In this document: positions 17,694 through 28,328 of the stretch, in pieces
Layout of the letters: each line of letters starts with the position of its first letter
Position numbering within the stretch: position 1 is the first letter of the stretch
Assembly (NCBI GenBank): GCA_047973205.1
Contig: JBKEBO010000016.1
Location: forward strand, 2,973-66,972
Length of the DNA stretch: 64,000 bases
Direction of reading: 5' to 3'
DNA from: Alphaproteobacteria bacterium
GTDB taxonomy: Bacteria; Pseudomonadota; Alphaproteobacteria; JBKEAR01
Program-made: the position numbers and the translations under genes
The notes under the pieces: model-generated
Databases searched by the model: none
What the model saw: only the letters and a program-made list of their open reading frames with translations
Told to the model about the DNA's origin: nothing

Positions 17694-18398
17694 ATGAAAA
17701 CCTTAAGAATTTTATCCATCATCATTACTATCATTGGCATTTTATCCCTTGGCTTTTTGTATATGCAAATGGATAAGCCTAAGCCTGTACGTCTTAATAA
17801 AGGCAAAGAAACTGTAGCCTCTGTTATTGCTAAAATAGATAGCCCTGCTTATAAACGTTGGCAGCCTGAGTTTCAGCGTTTAAATATTAATGTTAATGAT
17901 ATTACTTACCTAAAATTTATCGCTCTTAAGCAAGAAAAAATATTTGAAATTTGGGTAAGAGCCAATAATCAATGGATGAAGCTTCGTCAAATGCCCATCT
18001 TAGGAGCATCAGGCGGTATGGGTCATAAGCTCAAACAAGGTGATTGGCAAGTTCCTGAGGGGTTATACAAGTTAGACTATTTTAACCCCAATTCTCAAGC
18101 TCATTTAAGCTTGCATATTAATTACCCTAATGCCGATGATAAAGCTTGGGCAGCTTCCGAAGGGCGGCGTAACTTAGGTGGTGACATTATGGTTCATGGT
18201 AGTCGTTTTTCTATTGGTTGCCTTGCTATGGGTAATGTGGGGGCTGAAGATATATTTTGGCTTGTTTATAAAGTGGGTTTAAAAAACAACGATATCATCA
18301 TTAGCCCCTATGATATGCGAAAAAAAATTCTCCCCTTCCCTAAAGGAAGATTAGGCGAACGTTATCAAAAAATCAAAACTGCTTTAGAAAATTTTTAA
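17694..18398 (+). CDS. L,D-transpeptidase catalytic-domain protein (YkuD/YafK-like)
   Basis: N-terminal membrane anchor. Active-site-like motif MVHGSRFSIGCLAMGN (His...Gly-Cys). Confidence 0.6.
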   Translation: MKTLRILSIIITIIGILSLGFLYMQMDKPKPVRLNKGKETVASVIAKIDSPAYKRWQPEFQRLNINVNDITYLKFIALKQEKIFEIWVRANNQWMKLRQMPILGASGGMGHKLKQGDWQVPEGLYKLDYFNPNSQAHLSLHINYPNADDKAWAASEGRRNLGGDIMVHGSRFSIGCLAMGNVGAEDIFWLVYKVGLKNNDIIISPYDMRKKILPFPKGRLGERYQKIKTALENF

Positions 18399-18457
18399 TT
18401 TTATCAAAGTGATGTGCTATGATAACCTTATCAATTTAAAATAAGGAATAAAGAAGC

Positions 18458-20308
18458 ATGCCTTTACGCATATTGCCTGACCATCTTGTAAACCAGATTG
18501 CTGCTGGTGAGGTTATCGAACGCCCCTCTGCTGCTGTTAAAGAATTGGTTGAAAATGCAATTGATGCCAAAGCAACACAAATAGAAATTCGTATTCGTGA
18601 TGGTGGACGCAGCCTTATTTCTGTAAGCGATGATGGCAAGGGTATGACCTCCGATGAGCTTTCTTTAGCCATTCAGCGGCATGCAACTTCTAAGTTAGAC
18701 AATGAAGATTTACTCCATATTCAAACTATGGGTTTTCGAGGTGAGGCCTTACCCTCAATTGCTTCTGTGGCAAGGCTTAAAATTATCTCTCGGACTTCTG
18801 ATAGCGAAAATGCTTGGGAGATTAATGTCAATGCAGGGCAATCTAGCGGTGTTCAGCCCTCTGCTCGTAGTCAAGGAACCTTAGTAGAAGTGAGCGATTT
18901 ATTTTATGCTACTCCTGCTCGTTTAAAATTTCTCAAAACAACAAGAGCCGAATCCATGGCTATTAGCGATATTATCCAAAGACTTGCCATGGCAAACCCC
19001 TATGTTAGTTTTCGTCTTCATAACGAGGCTAAGCAGCTGCTCTATTATCCTGCTGCAACCGAAAGTGAGTTATCACAGGCGAGACTCACCAGACTAAAAT
19101 CTGTTTTAGGTAAAGAATTTGCCGAAAATGCAACCCCTGTTGATACAATGCGTGATGATGCTCGTCTTTCAGGATGGGTAAGCCTACCCACATTTAATCG
19201 GGCAACTGCCGACAAACAATTTTTATTTATTAATAACCGTAGCGTGAGAGACCGCCTTCTCCATGGGGCTATTCGTGGGGGATATCAGGGCTGGATTGCC
19301 GATGGTCGTCATGCTTTATGTGCTCTTTATATCGATATGCCCTATGATGGTGTAGATGTTAATGTGCATCCTGCAAAAACCGAAGTTCGTTTTCGTGATG
19401 CCGCTGGTATTCGCTCTTTACTTGTGGGTGGAATTCGTCAGGCGATTACTGGCAGTGGCTTTCAGGCTTCATCAACAACAAGCCACCAAGCTTTAGACTA
19501 TCTAAAAGTTGGCGGAGCAGAGCAACCCAATAAATCTTATGAACTTTTTCGCAATGAGGCTCATGAGAGCAGCTCCCCTTTTAAAAATCTTCCTCATATG
19601 CAAGCAAGCCACCCTAGCTATAGCCAAAATGTTCTTAATCAGGCTTTACACCAAAATGTTCAAGATTATGCCCATTCAGCTCAAGTCATTGCTGAGGAAA
19701 CTCCAACCAATAGTGAAGCAATGAGCCAATTTCCCCTTGGTTTAGCACGAGCTCAACTTCATGAAAATTATATTGTTGCCCAAACAAACAACTCAATTAT
19801 TTTGGTAGACCAGCACGCTGCTCACGAGCGAATTACCCATCAAAAAATTGAGGCTGATTTGGCTAAAAATGGTGTGATGAGTCAATCTTTATTACTTCCT
19901 GAAGTCATGAATTTATCCCCCCAAGAGGCTCATATTTTATTAGAACGTCAAAGTGAATTAGAAGAATTAGGGCTTATTATTGAAAGCTTTGGTGAAGATG
20001 CTATTTTAGTGCGTGCAACCCCTGCTCTTTTAGGTGAATGCGATGTGGAAGGGCTTATAAAAGATTTAGCCTCGGAGCTTTTAACTTATGATGAGGCAAC
20101 CAGTTTAAAATCTAAACTTTCTCATATTTGTGCAACAATGGCTTGTCATGGCTCTATCCGCTCAGGGCGACGCTTAAATGCTGAGGAGATGAACCATCTG
20201 CTTAGGCAAATTGAAACCACCCCTGGAGCAGGACAATGCTCCCATGGCCGCCCTACTTGGGTGGAGCTTAAGCTTCATGATATAGAGAAACTTTTTGGCC
20301 GTAGATAA
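18458..20308 (+). CDS. mutL: DNA mismatch repair protein MutL
   Basis: GHKL ATPase N-terminus (IAAGEVIERPSAAVKELVENAIDA, DDGKGM, GFRGEALPSI). The C-terminal endonuclease-type domain carries DQHAAHER and the ACHGSIRSG region. Confidence 0.95.
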   Translation: MPLRILPDHLVNQIAAGEVIERPSAAVKELVENAIDAKATQIEIRIRDGGRSLISVSDDGKGMTSDELSLAIQRHATSKLDNEDLLHIQTMGFRGEALPSIASVARLKIISRTSDSENAWEINVNAGQSSGVQPSARSQGTLVEVSDLFYATPARLKFLKTTRAESMAISDIIQRLAMANPYVSFRLHNEAKQLLYYPAATESELSQARLTRLKSVLGKEFAENATPVDTMRDDARLSGWVSLPTFNRATADKQFLFINNRSVRDRLLHGAIRGGYQGWIADGRHALCALYIDMPYDGVDVNVHPAKTEVRFRDAAGIRSLLVGGIRQAITGSGFQASSTTSHQALDYLKVGGAEQPNKSYELFRNEAHESSSPFKNLPHMQASHPSYSQNVLNQALHQNVQDYAHSAQVIAEETPTNSEAMSQFPLGLARAQLHENYIVAQTNNSIILVDQHAAHERITHQKIEADLAKNGVMSQSLLLPEVMNLSPQEAHILLERQSELEELGLIIESFGEDAILVRATPALLGECDVEGLIKDLASELLTYDEATSLKSKLSHICATMACHGSIRSGRRLNAEEMNHLLRQIETTPGAGQCSHGRPTWVELKLHDIEKLFGRR

Positions 20309-20311
20309 TAT

Positions 20312-21223
20312 TCACATCTTCAATGCAATTTGCGTTGCCAAACGTGCATTATTGAACACAAGTTCAATATTCGAATTTAAACTACTTCCACCTGTAAGTT
20401 CTGCAACACGTCCAAGCATAAATGGGGTTGCCTCTTTACCCTTAACTCCTTGAGTTTCCATTTCGCTCAAAGCCTGAGTAATGGCCGTATCAATCTTATT
20501 TTTATCCATAGCATATTCTTGAGGGATGGGATTAGCTATCACCACACCACCATCTAGGCCCATAGCCCATTTGGCTTTTAAAGCTTCGGCAATTTCTGCT
20601 GGTGTATCAAGGCGATAATCAAGCTCAAAACCACTTTCTCTTGTATAAAAAGCAGGTAAATTTTTGGTTTTATAACCAATAATCGGTACGCCTTGGGTTT
20701 CGAGATACTCTTTAGTTAGCCCCAAATCTAAAATAGACTTTGCCCCTGCACAGATAACTGCCACATTGGTATGGGCAAGCTCTTGTAAATCGGCTGAAAT
20801 ATCAAATGTTTCTTGAGCCCCACGATGAACACCACCAATACCACCTGTAGCAAAAATTTTAATGCCCGCCATAGCCGCTAAAATCATTGTTGCCGCCACA
20901 GTGGTTGCCCCATCTTTTTTACCTGCAACCATAAAAGGAATATCACGGCGTGAAACTTTAGTAACTTTTTCGCCCTCTTTACCAATATATTCAATCTCTT
21001 CTTTAGAAAGCCCTACTTTAAGTCGCCCTTGAATAAGAGCTATTGTTGCAGGAATTGCACCACCATCACGAATAACTTGTTCCACCTTAAGGGCTGTCTC
21101 AACATTTTGCGGATAAGGCATACCATGAGAAATTATTGTGGATTCTAAAGCAACTACGGCTTTATTTGTCGCTAGAGCCTGCTGAACTTCTGGATGGATA
21201 TCAATATATTTATTAAGTGTCAT
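20312..21223 (-). CDS. psuG: Pseudouridine-5'-phosphate glycosidase
   Basis: VALESTIISHGMPYPQN and IFATGGIGGVHRG motifs of the IndA/PsuG family. ATG 21223 overlaps the psuK stop (ATGA). The longer TTG-started ORF is rejected. Confidence 0.9.
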   Translation of the reverse strand: MTLNKYIDIHPEVQQALATNKAVVALESTIISHGMPYPQNVETALKVEQVIRDGGAIPATIALIQGRLKVGLSKEEIEYIGKEGEKVTKVSRRDIPFMVAGKKDGATTVAATMILAAMAGIKIFATGGIGGVHRGAQETFDISADLQELAHTNVAVICAGAKSILDLGLTKEYLETQGVPIIGYKTKNLPAFYTRESGFELDYRLDTPAEIAEALKAKWAMGLDGGVVIANPIPQEYAMDKNKIDTAITQALSEMETQGVKGKEATPFMLGRVAELTGGSSLNSNIELVFNNARLATQIALKM

Positions 21224-22146
21224 AGGGACTCCATTTTTTCTACAATCATTTTTTCTGTTATATTGGGATTTATTGTGGTTGAAGATGAAGCTGTAATATA
21301 AGCTGCCATCATCGCAAATTGTCCGATTCTTTCCCAAGACCAGCCTTTTATATAACCGTGAGCAATGGCTGCCATTGTGGCATCACCCGCACCTGTTACA
21401 TTTTTAACATCTTGTTTTATTATAGGAAAACACTTCAGATAATCTTTATGGCTCATATAAGCCCCTTTTTCACCACGGCTTAAGAAAATATACTCAACGC
21501 CTTGATTATGGAGCTTTTTAAGAGCTAAATTTTGACTCTCTTCATCTTCAACGATCTGTCCTGCTAAAATTGCCAACTCATGATGGTTCGGCTTTATTAA
21601 CTTTATTTGATTAAGATAGGGCAATAAACGCTTTGCTTTTATGACTGAGACAGGGTCAACAAAAACACAATCATGATTTAAACTAAAGATATAGGCTAGG
21701 GCCTGCTCAGATAAATTTGCATCAATCATTACAATATGAGCCTGTTGTATTAATGCTTTATGATGCTTAAGATAAGATGGGCTAAGCTCATCAACTATAG
21801 TCATATCGTTAATGGCAACCTTCATCTCGCCACTTGGTTGATGAACCGAGAGATAAGTAGACGTTTGCCGATTTTGTAAGCTTAAACAATATTTAGTTTC
21901 TACCCCTGCTTCTTTGGTTTGTTTAATAAGGGTTTTTCCCCAAATGTCATCACCCACTACTGAAAGCAAAAAGACTTTTGAGCCAAATCGTGCTAAATTT
22001 TCTGCAATATTACGAACAACACCACCTGCACTAAAGCCTAGCTTGCCAATATTAGAATCCTCTAAAATAAGAGGCTCATGACTTTGGGCATATAAATCCA
22101 TATTGGCTCCACCAATGGCGACGATATAGTTATCTTTTATGCTCAC
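21220..22146 (-). CDS. psuK: PfkB-family sugar kinase, probable pseudouridine kinase
   Basis: PfkB signatures GGVVRNIA and VTGAGDATMAAIAHG. It is translationally coupled to psuG. Confidence 0.8.
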   Translation of the reverse strand: MSIKDNYIVAIGGANMDLYAQSHEPLILEDSNIGKLGFSAGGVVRNIAENLARFGSKVFLLSVVGDDIWGKTLIKQTKEAGVETKYCLSLQNRQTSTYLSVHQPSGEMKVAINDMTIVDELSPSYLKHHKALIQQAHIVMIDANLSEQALAYIFSLNHDCVFVDPVSVIKAKRLLPYLNQIKLIKPNHHELAILAGQIVEDEESQNLALKKLHNQGVEYIFLSRGEKGAYMSHKDYLKCFPIIKQDVKNVTGAGDATMAAIAHGYIKGWSWERIGQFAMMAAYITASSSTTINPNITEKMIVEKMESL

Positions 22147-22154
22147 TGGGTTAT

Positions 22155-23714
22155 TTAATCCTTTGGAATATTGAGGTTAAGAGTTTGGAAAGTTTTAGGA
22201 AAAGCTGTTTCAATCCATGCAATTGCCTCACCTGTAGCTACTGAAACTTCACAACGGTGGCTATCTGAAGAATTATCTTCCGTATCAGCCTTGCCCTCAT
22301 CACGGCAATCTTCGAGCTGATTAACTAAGATATTAGGCTTGAGTAAGAAACCTTTTTTATCATAGAGACGATAAGGGAGTCGCAACGGTATATTGCTATC
22401 ATCGCCATAATATTTTGGGTTGGTATTTAGCCCCAAAGCTAAAGGATTAAACGTCACCTTACGGCGGCCATCAGAAAATACAAGAGCACCATTATTTTCA
22501 TCATAGACATTAATTGCCATCTCTAAAGGATATTGTAATTTTACAGGCTTATCTGTCGGTATATTCTCAGGCAAAATAAGCTCGCCATCCCATGCAAGGT
22601 CATGGTCTTCACCTTCTATATCTGCGTAAATAGAATTGAGTGATGGGGGAAGCTCTATCTTATAGCTATTCTTATCTTTATGCAATTTTACTTTCTTTGT
22701 GATATCCTCTAAATTATAATAGCTGGGATGATAAAATGGGTTTTCTCCCATATAAATATACGAAGGTTTCCCTTTGATTTCCACCCATGGAATAGAAGCA
22801 CTTGCCTCTGTCTTTCCATTATAACTTTTTATATAAATATCACTAATATTTCCACTAGCAATAACTGCATAATATTTACCATCTTGCCAAATATTATCTT
22901 CATCTTCCACAATAATATCTCGCAAATATTGCCTTGATTTTAAAGGTATGGAGTTTCCCGCTTTATTTAAACGCTTTTTAATGGCAAGCGGTGTAATTTC
23001 AATATCAAGTGTATTTAATTTACGCCCCTGCTTATCTAAGAGAATAAGCTCGTGATTAGTATAGCCAATATCTTCTGTAAGTTCTCTCCATTCAACTTCA
23101 GCATAATTATTTTGTAGCTTTCGTAAAATTGCGATATTATTGGTATTATCGGTTGTTTGTTGAGGTTTATTGATATTCTTTTTATTTAAGATAGTTATAG
23201 AACAATTTTTGGGATAAGAAACTTCTAAATTACGATAAATATTTTTTGCTACATTCTTTTTATGACGCTTTTTAGGCTGCTTTTTGGGTATATGCCCACG
23301 GGGCATAATTTCTACTTTAGTAAGCTCTATACCTTGTGTTCCATCTTGCCGAATCCCATTAACAAAAGTTAGTTTATTATATTCTGGTTTTTCAGAACCA
23401 TCTTGCCAACTGAGTGTTGTATCATTTCCCCATGGGGATTCAAAAGGTTGAGTTGGGTCCTTGGCTATCTGAAATAAAGCCGCACGCATATCATTTTCAA
23501 TGGACTTTTCATCAGGACACAAAAAATAGTCTTCCATGCTATAATTATGCTCACCTGAAAATTCCTTACCCTCCATACGAGCTTCACTCAATTGCTTCAC
23601 ATAGCGATCAATTAACTGATCGGCTTTAGCTATTTCTTCTGGCTCAGTTTTTGTTGGTACTTCTGCCCAAAGATTCACATTGAATAACATCAAAAATAAT
23701 ATAAATTTTCTCAT
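22155..23714 (-). CDS. Hypothetical secreted protein (519 aa)
   Basis: Signal peptide MRKFILFLMLFNVNLWA and a basic patch PKKQPKKRHKKNVAK. I recognise no domain. It is packed 8 nt upstream of psuK and 12 nt downstream of rsmD. Confidence 0.6.
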   Translation of the reverse strand: MRKFILFLMLFNVNLWAEVPTKTEPEEIAKADQLIDRYVKQLSEARMEGKEFSGEHNYSMEDYFLCPDEKSIENDMRAALFQIAKDPTQPFESPWGNDTTLSWQDGSEKPEYNKLTFVNGIRQDGTQGIELTKVEIMPRGHIPKKQPKKRHKKNVAKNIYRNLEVSYPKNCSITILNKKNINKPQQTTDNTNNIAILRKLQNNYAEVEWRELTEDIGYTNHELILLDKQGRKLNTLDIEITPLAIKKRLNKAGNSIPLKSRQYLRDIIVEDEDNIWQDGKYYAVIASGNISDIYIKSYNGKTEASASIPWVEIKGKPSYIYMGENPFYHPSYYNLEDITKKVKLHKDKNSYKIELPPSLNSIYADIEGEDHDLAWDGELILPENIPTDKPVKLQYPLEMAINVYDENNGALVFSDGRRKVTFNPLALGLNTNPKYYGDDSNIPLRLPYRLYDKKGFLLKPNILVNQLEDCRDEGKADTEDNSSDSHRCEVSVATGEAIAWIETAFPKTFQTLNLNIPKD

Positions 23715-23726
23715 TTTTACATCTTT

Positions 23727-24308
23727 TTACCTTATTAAACAATCATCTTTCACCTGCATTATAATAGCCTTAGATGCTCCAGCTTTCAACTCTCTTGTGA
23801 TAAAAAATGGTGTAGGTGCTTCAAAAATAAGCTTTTCTGGGATTTTTGCTATCACCCAAACATTATCTGCAAGCCATTTTCCCTCATAAAGACTTTCCAT
23901 ACTTGCCCTTGTGAGTTCTAATGCTTGCGGAAAAGGTGCATCCATGAGTACTAATTCTACTGCATTTTCATATATAGATGGAGCTTTTTTTAATTTTGTT
24001 GCATCACTATGGATAACTTCCGATTGGCTCTTTGCCGATAAATGCTCGATATTCGCTTTTATGAGCCGTATAGAAGTCATAGAATTTTCAACAAAAATAC
24101 ATTTTTCGGCCCCACGAGATAAAGCCTCGAGTCCCATCGCTCCTGTACCTGCAAAAATATCCATAATTAAAAGATCTTCAATACCTAAATCACTATGAAT
24201 AAGAACATTAAATAGATTTTCTCTTAAGCGATCTGAAGTTGGCCTGATTGAATTATCGTCAGGTGTTTTTAGCTTCCTGCCCTTATATTTCCCACTAATT
24301 ATCCGCAT
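23727..24308 (-). CDS. rsmD: 16S rRNA (guanine966-N2)-methyltransferase RsmD
   Basis: RIISGKYKGRKL, RPTSDRLRENLFN, SAM motif DIFAGTGAMGLEALSRGA, and a DAPF catalytic motif. Confidence 0.88.
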   Translation of the reverse strand: MRIISGKYKGRKLKTPDDNSIRPTSDRLRENLFNVLIHSDLGIEDLLIMDIFAGTGAMGLEALSRGAEKCIFVENSMTSIRLIKANIEHLSAKSQSEVIHSDATKLKKAPSIYENAVELVLMDAPFPQALELTRASMESLYEGKWLADNVWVIAKIPEKLIFEAPTPFFITRELKAGASKAIIMQVKDDCLIR

Positions 24309-25044
24309 TTTTATTCCATGCTCCTAATTGTTCTTTCATCATTTTGCCGCTTATTTCTTCTATATGTCCTGCTTGGAGTTTTGCCAAGCGAAAAGCTCCA
24401 AAAGACAGACGAATAAGTCGGCTCACTTCACAACCATAATGGGCGAATATTTTGCGTATCTCTCTGTTTTTACCTTCTTTTAAAGTAACCTCAGCCCAAA
24501 AGTTTCTCCCTTGCTCCGATGATATTTTAACATCTACTGAGCCATATTGAATACCATCAATCTTTATACCTTTTTTAAGCTCTGCAATATTTTTTTCTGT
24601 CAATCTTCCAAAGGCTCTCACTTTATATTTTCTGGTCCAGCCTGTTGAGGGAAGTTCTAAATGCCGTGCAAGCTCACCATCATTGGTAAGTAGCAATAGC
24701 CCTTCCGAATTTAAATCTAATCTTCCAACAGAAATAACCCGTCCTAATTCTTTAGGAAGCTCATCAAAAACTGTTTTACGACCCTTTTCATCCCTATGGG
24801 AAACAACCAACCCACGTGGTTTATAATAACGATAAAGCTTGGTTTCTTTTTTTGCTCCTAAAACTTGGTTATCAAAGCTAATCTCATCAGCCTCACTTAC
24901 CTTAAAGGCTGCTGTATTTAATATTTTACCATTAACTTTTATTCGTCCTTCTTCAATGAGCTTTTCTGCTCCTCGTCTGGAGGCAACCCCTAACCTTGCC
25001 AAATATTTGGCAATACGCTCACCCTGCTGTTTTTCTTCTGTCAT
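24295..25044 (-). CDS. rRNA pseudouridine synthase, RsuA/RluB family, with S4 domain
   Basis: S4 domain (RIAKYLARLGVASRRGAEKLI) and catalytic GRLDLNSEGLLLLTNDG. Preferred start is ATG 25044 (MTEEKQQ). Confidence 0.85.
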   Translation of the reverse strand: MTEEKQQGERIAKYLARLGVASRRGAEKLIEEGRIKVNGKILNTAAFKVSEADEISFDNQVLGAKKETKLYRYYKPRGLVVSHRDEKGRKTVFDELPKELGRVISVGRLDLNSEGLLLLTNDGELARHLELPSTGWTRKYKVRAFGRLTEKNIAELKKGIKIDGIQYGSVDVKISSEQGRNFWAEVTLKEGKNREIRKIFAHYGCEVSRLIRLSFGAFRLAKLQAGHIEEISGKMMKEQLGAWNKNADN

Positions 25045-25089
25045 AAAAAATCCTTGTAATTTATAGCAATAACATTCACTGTAATTATT

Positions 25090-25536
25090 ATGTTTACACA
25101 ATATATGAAAATCGCATTAAACCAAGCAAAAAAAGCATCCTTACTTGGAGAAGTTCCTGTAGGAGCTGTTATAGTGGATAAAAATGGCGAAATTATCGCT
25201 CAATCCCATAATCGATGCGAGCAAGATTTTGATATATCGGCTCATGCTGAAATTTTAGCCATAAAAGAAGCGGCTCAAAAGCGACAAACAACTCGCCTTA
25301 TTGATTGCGACTTATGGGTCACCCTAGAGCCTTGTGCTATGTGTGCTACGGCCATATCTTTTGCTCGGATTAAACGCCTTTATTTTGGAGCATATGATAC
25401 AAAAAGTGGCGGGATTTTTTCAGGCCCTAAAATTTATACCCATCAAACAATCCACCACAAACCTGAGGTCTATGGTGGAATTATGGAAGATAATTGCAAA
25501 GAACTTATGCAAGACTTCTTTAAGCTTAAGCGGTAA
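25090..25536 (+). CDS. tadA: tRNA adenosine(34) deaminase
   Basis: CDA-fold zinc motifs HAEILAI and PCAMCATA. 148 aa. An internal ATG at codon 6 is an alternative start. Confidence 0.9.
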   Translation: MFTQYMKIALNQAKKASLLGEVPVGAVIVDKNGEIIAQSHNRCEQDFDISAHAEILAIKEAAQKRQTTRLIDCDLWVTLEPCAMCATAISFARIKRLYFGAYDTKSGGIFSGPKIYTHQTIHHKPEVYGGIMEDNCKELMQDFFKLKR

Positions 25537-27841
25537 TTTGCTTAATATCATCCTTGGTAATTTTAGGAAAATCAGGGTCTATATCAAAGACTAAACCTTC
25601 GCCTGACTTATCAACTTTAATGGTTACGATACCACCTTTTTTAAGTTCACCAAACAAAATCTCCGAAGCCAATGGCTTTTTGATTTTTTCTTGAATAAGC
25701 CGCATCATTGGTCTTGCACCATAATTTTCATCAAAGCCATGTTCTGCAAGCCATAACCGTGCTTTGCTTTGAAGTTTGATACGAATATTTTTTTCTTCCA
25801 ACTGCAACTCTAGCTCTGCAATAAATTTATCGACAATACGAACAATGGAGTCTTTTTCTAAATGCTCAAAAGTGATAATGGCATCGGTACGATTTCTAAA
25901 TTCAGGAGAGAATATCTTTTTAATAGCTTCATCTCCTGTGCCTGAGCGTCCTCTTTTACCAAAGCCAAAACCTTGTTCTGTCGCATAAGCAGCCCCTGCA
26001 TTAGAAGTCATGATTAAGATAACATTTCTAAAGTCAATTGTCCGCCCTGTGCTATCGGTTAACTTGCCGTAATCCATAATAGAAAGCAACAAATTATAAA
26101 CATCAGGATGAGCTTTTTCCATCTCATCAAGCAAAAGAACCGCATGGGGATTTTTGCGTATGGCTTCTGTGAGTTGGCCTGCATCATCATGACCAACATA
26201 ACCAGGAGGAGCCCCTATAAGTCTTGCGACCGAATGGGATTCTTGATACTCACTCATATCAAAGCGAATGAGCTTTAAGCCCAGCGATAAGGCCAACTGT
26301 TTCGCAATTTCTGTTTTACCCACACCTGTTGGGCCTGAGAAAAGGTAATTGCCCACTGTTTTATCTGCTGCTCTTAAGCCTGCTCTTGAAACATGGATTG
26401 CCGACGTTAAAGCCTCAATAGCTTTATCTTGCCCATAAACCATTCGCTTGAGGTTATCATTAAGCATTTTCAGCACCTTAGAATCGTCCTTACTTAGGCT
26501 ACGGCTTGGTACTTCTGAGATTAAGGCAACAACATCTTCAATCTCTTTACGATCAATTGCCGTGCGTTTTTTCACTTGCCCTGCACGTCTACGAGCTCCT
26601 GCTTCATCCATCACGTCAATGGCTTTATCGGGTAAAAAGCGTTCATGGATATAACGACTTGACAATTCAACAGCCGAAACCACAGCTTCATCAGAATAAC
26701 GCACATTATGCCAATCTTCGTAAGCTTCTTTAAGGCCTCGTAAAATCTCAACAGCTTCTTCCTTTGAAGGCTCATCAACGGCAATATGTTGAAAACGCCG
26801 TACCAAGGCTTGGTCTTTTTCAAAGTTTGTCCGAAACTCTTTCCATGTAGTTGCCCCTACGACTTGAATATCGCCTTTACTCAATAAAGGCTTTAGCATA
26901 TTAGCGGCATCCATAGCACCCTGCCCTGTAGCTCCTGCTCCAATAAGTGTATGAATTTCATCAATAAACAAGATAATATTTTCAGCCTTTTCTAGCTCTT
27001 TTAAAAGCTTTTTGATACGTTCTTCAAAATCACCTCTAAATTTTGTTCCTGCAAGTAGGCTTGGTAAATCTAAGCTCCAAATCGTTGCATCCTTAATAAT
27101 ATCAGGTACTTTTTTCTGTTGAATGGCGAGGGCTAAACCTTCCACAATTGCGGTTTTACCAACACCTGGCTCACCCACTAATAAAGGATTACGTCTTGTA
27201 CGGCGACATAATATTTGTATGCTCCGCTCAATTTCTTTGCTACGACCAATAAGAGGGTCTATCTTGCCTGCCGCCGCTTTATCATTAAGGTTAACGCACC
27301 AATTTTCTAAAGGAGAATCCTCTGCTGCAATCTCTTCTTCAATATCATTTTCTAATGAGGCTTCCTCAGTATTTGCCTCGTTATGCTCTTGAACTCCATG
27401 GGATAAGTAGCGTAGGATTTTAAAACGTTCAACCTCATATTTATTTAAAAGCCATACAGCCCAAGCTTCTTCTTCCGCATACATAGCCGATAGAATATGC
27501 CCTCCGTGGATTTCATCTAAGCCTGCAGATTGTCCGTGGATAACCGCTCGTTGAATAACACGTTGTACGGCGGAGCTTGGCTGAGGCGTTCCATCCCAAA
27601 AACCTCTATTCACCTCCTCAAGCTCATTTTTTAGATAATGCTCTAGCTCAATCGTCATTTGTTTTACATTTGCTCCTGCCGCTCTCATGGCTGCTAAAGC
27701 ATCACTATCTTGACATAAAGCCAGCAACAAATGCTCCAATGTGATTACCTCATGGCGATAATCTTCGGCATATCCCACCATACAGCTTAAGCTTGTTTGT
27801 AAATTATCCGATAACAATGTAACTTCCTTTCCTACTTTCAA
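25526..27841 (-). CDS. clpA: ATP-dependent Clp protease ATP-binding subunit ClpA
   Basis: Two AAA+ modules (GEPGVGKTA and GPTGVGKTE Walker A) plus a Clp N-domain. It lies immediately downstream of clpS. The TTG start overlaps the clpS stop; the exact start is uncertain. Confidence 0.95.
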   Translation of the reverse strand: MKVGKEVTLLSDNLQTSLSCMVGYAEDYRHEVITLEHLLLALCQDSDALAAMRAAGANVKQMTIELEHYLKNELEEVNRGFWDGTPQPSSAVQRVIQRAVIHGQSAGLDEIHGGHILSAMYAEEEAWAVWLLNKYEVERFKILRYLSHGVQEHNEANTEEASLENDIEEEIAAEDSPLENWCVNLNDKAAAGKIDPLIGRSKEIERSIQILCRRTRRNPLLVGEPGVGKTAIVEGLALAIQQKKVPDIIKDATIWSLDLPSLLAGTKFRGDFEERIKKLLKELEKAENIILFIDEIHTLIGAGATGQGAMDAANMLKPLLSKGDIQVVGATTWKEFRTNFEKDQALVRRFQHIAVDEPSKEEAVEILRGLKEAYEDWHNVRYSDEAVVSAVELSSRYIHERFLPDKAIDVMDEAGARRRAGQVKKRTAIDRKEIEDVVALISEVPSRSLSKDDSKVLKMLNDNLKRMVYGQDKAIEALTSAIHVSRAGLRAADKTVGNYLFSGPTGVGKTEIAKQLALSLGLKLIRFDMSEYQESHSVARLIGAPPGYVGHDDAGQLTEAIRKNPHAVLLLDEMEKAHPDVYNLLLSIMDYGKLTDSTGRTIDFRNVILIMTSNAGAAYATEQGFGFGKRGRSGTGDEAIKKIFSPEFRNRTDAIITFEHLEKDSIVRIVDKFIAELELQLEEKNIRIKLQSKARLWLAEHGFDENYGARPMMRLIQEKIKKPLASEILFGELKKGGIVTIKVDKSGEGLVFDIDPDFPKITKDDIKQITA

Positions 27842-28146
27842 GGCTCTATGACTGCTTGTAAAGGATACTCTTTTTGAGCAGCTAAATACAATACCTTATC
27901 CACCTTGGTTTCTGCAACCTCCCAACTATAAGCTCCAACAATGGCTCTACCCTTGTGATGAACCTCTAGCATAATGGCAATGGCATTTTCTTGCGTATGA
28001 TGAAAAATAGACGTTAGAACATTCACAACAAATTCCATCGGTGTGAAATCATCGTTCAAAAAAACAACTTTCCACTTTTTAGGCTTTTCGTCTTGTCTTT
28101 CTCTTTCTACAATAGTATCAGGGCTTTTTTGTGTTCTTGCCGTCAT
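27838..28146 (-). CDS. clpS: ATP-dependent Clp protease adaptor ClpS
   Basis: 102 aa. WKVVFLNDDFTPMEFVVNVL...AIAIMLEVHHKGRA is the canonical ClpS core. Confidence 0.95.
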   Translation of the reverse strand: MTARTQKSPDTIVERERQDEKPKKWKVVFLNDDFTPMEFVVNVLTSIFHHTQENAIAIMLEVHHKGRAIVGAYSWEVAETKVDKVLYLAAQKEYPLQAVIEP

Positions 28147-28328
28147 ACAAATTTCCTTTTCATACCTTTAATATAGATAAGTAGCTATAAGCAAAAGTGC
28201 AAAGTTTTTATGATAAGTTTTTAGATTTTTTTACCTTTTTTTATCTATTTCATGCCATAAACAAATTATAACAAAGAATTCGTTATAAAAAAAATTATTT
28301 TTTTTAAGCTTGAAAAGAGTTTTTAAAT

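Noticed and set aside
20312-21337. The N-terminally extended ORF-track versions of psuG. The same applies to rluD (to 3965), the rluB-like gene (to 25101), lysK (to 36961) and gshA (from 42661).
   Set aside because: The extensions overlap the neighbouring gene or promoter region and lack homology. Internal ATGs with better context coincide with the start of family conservation.
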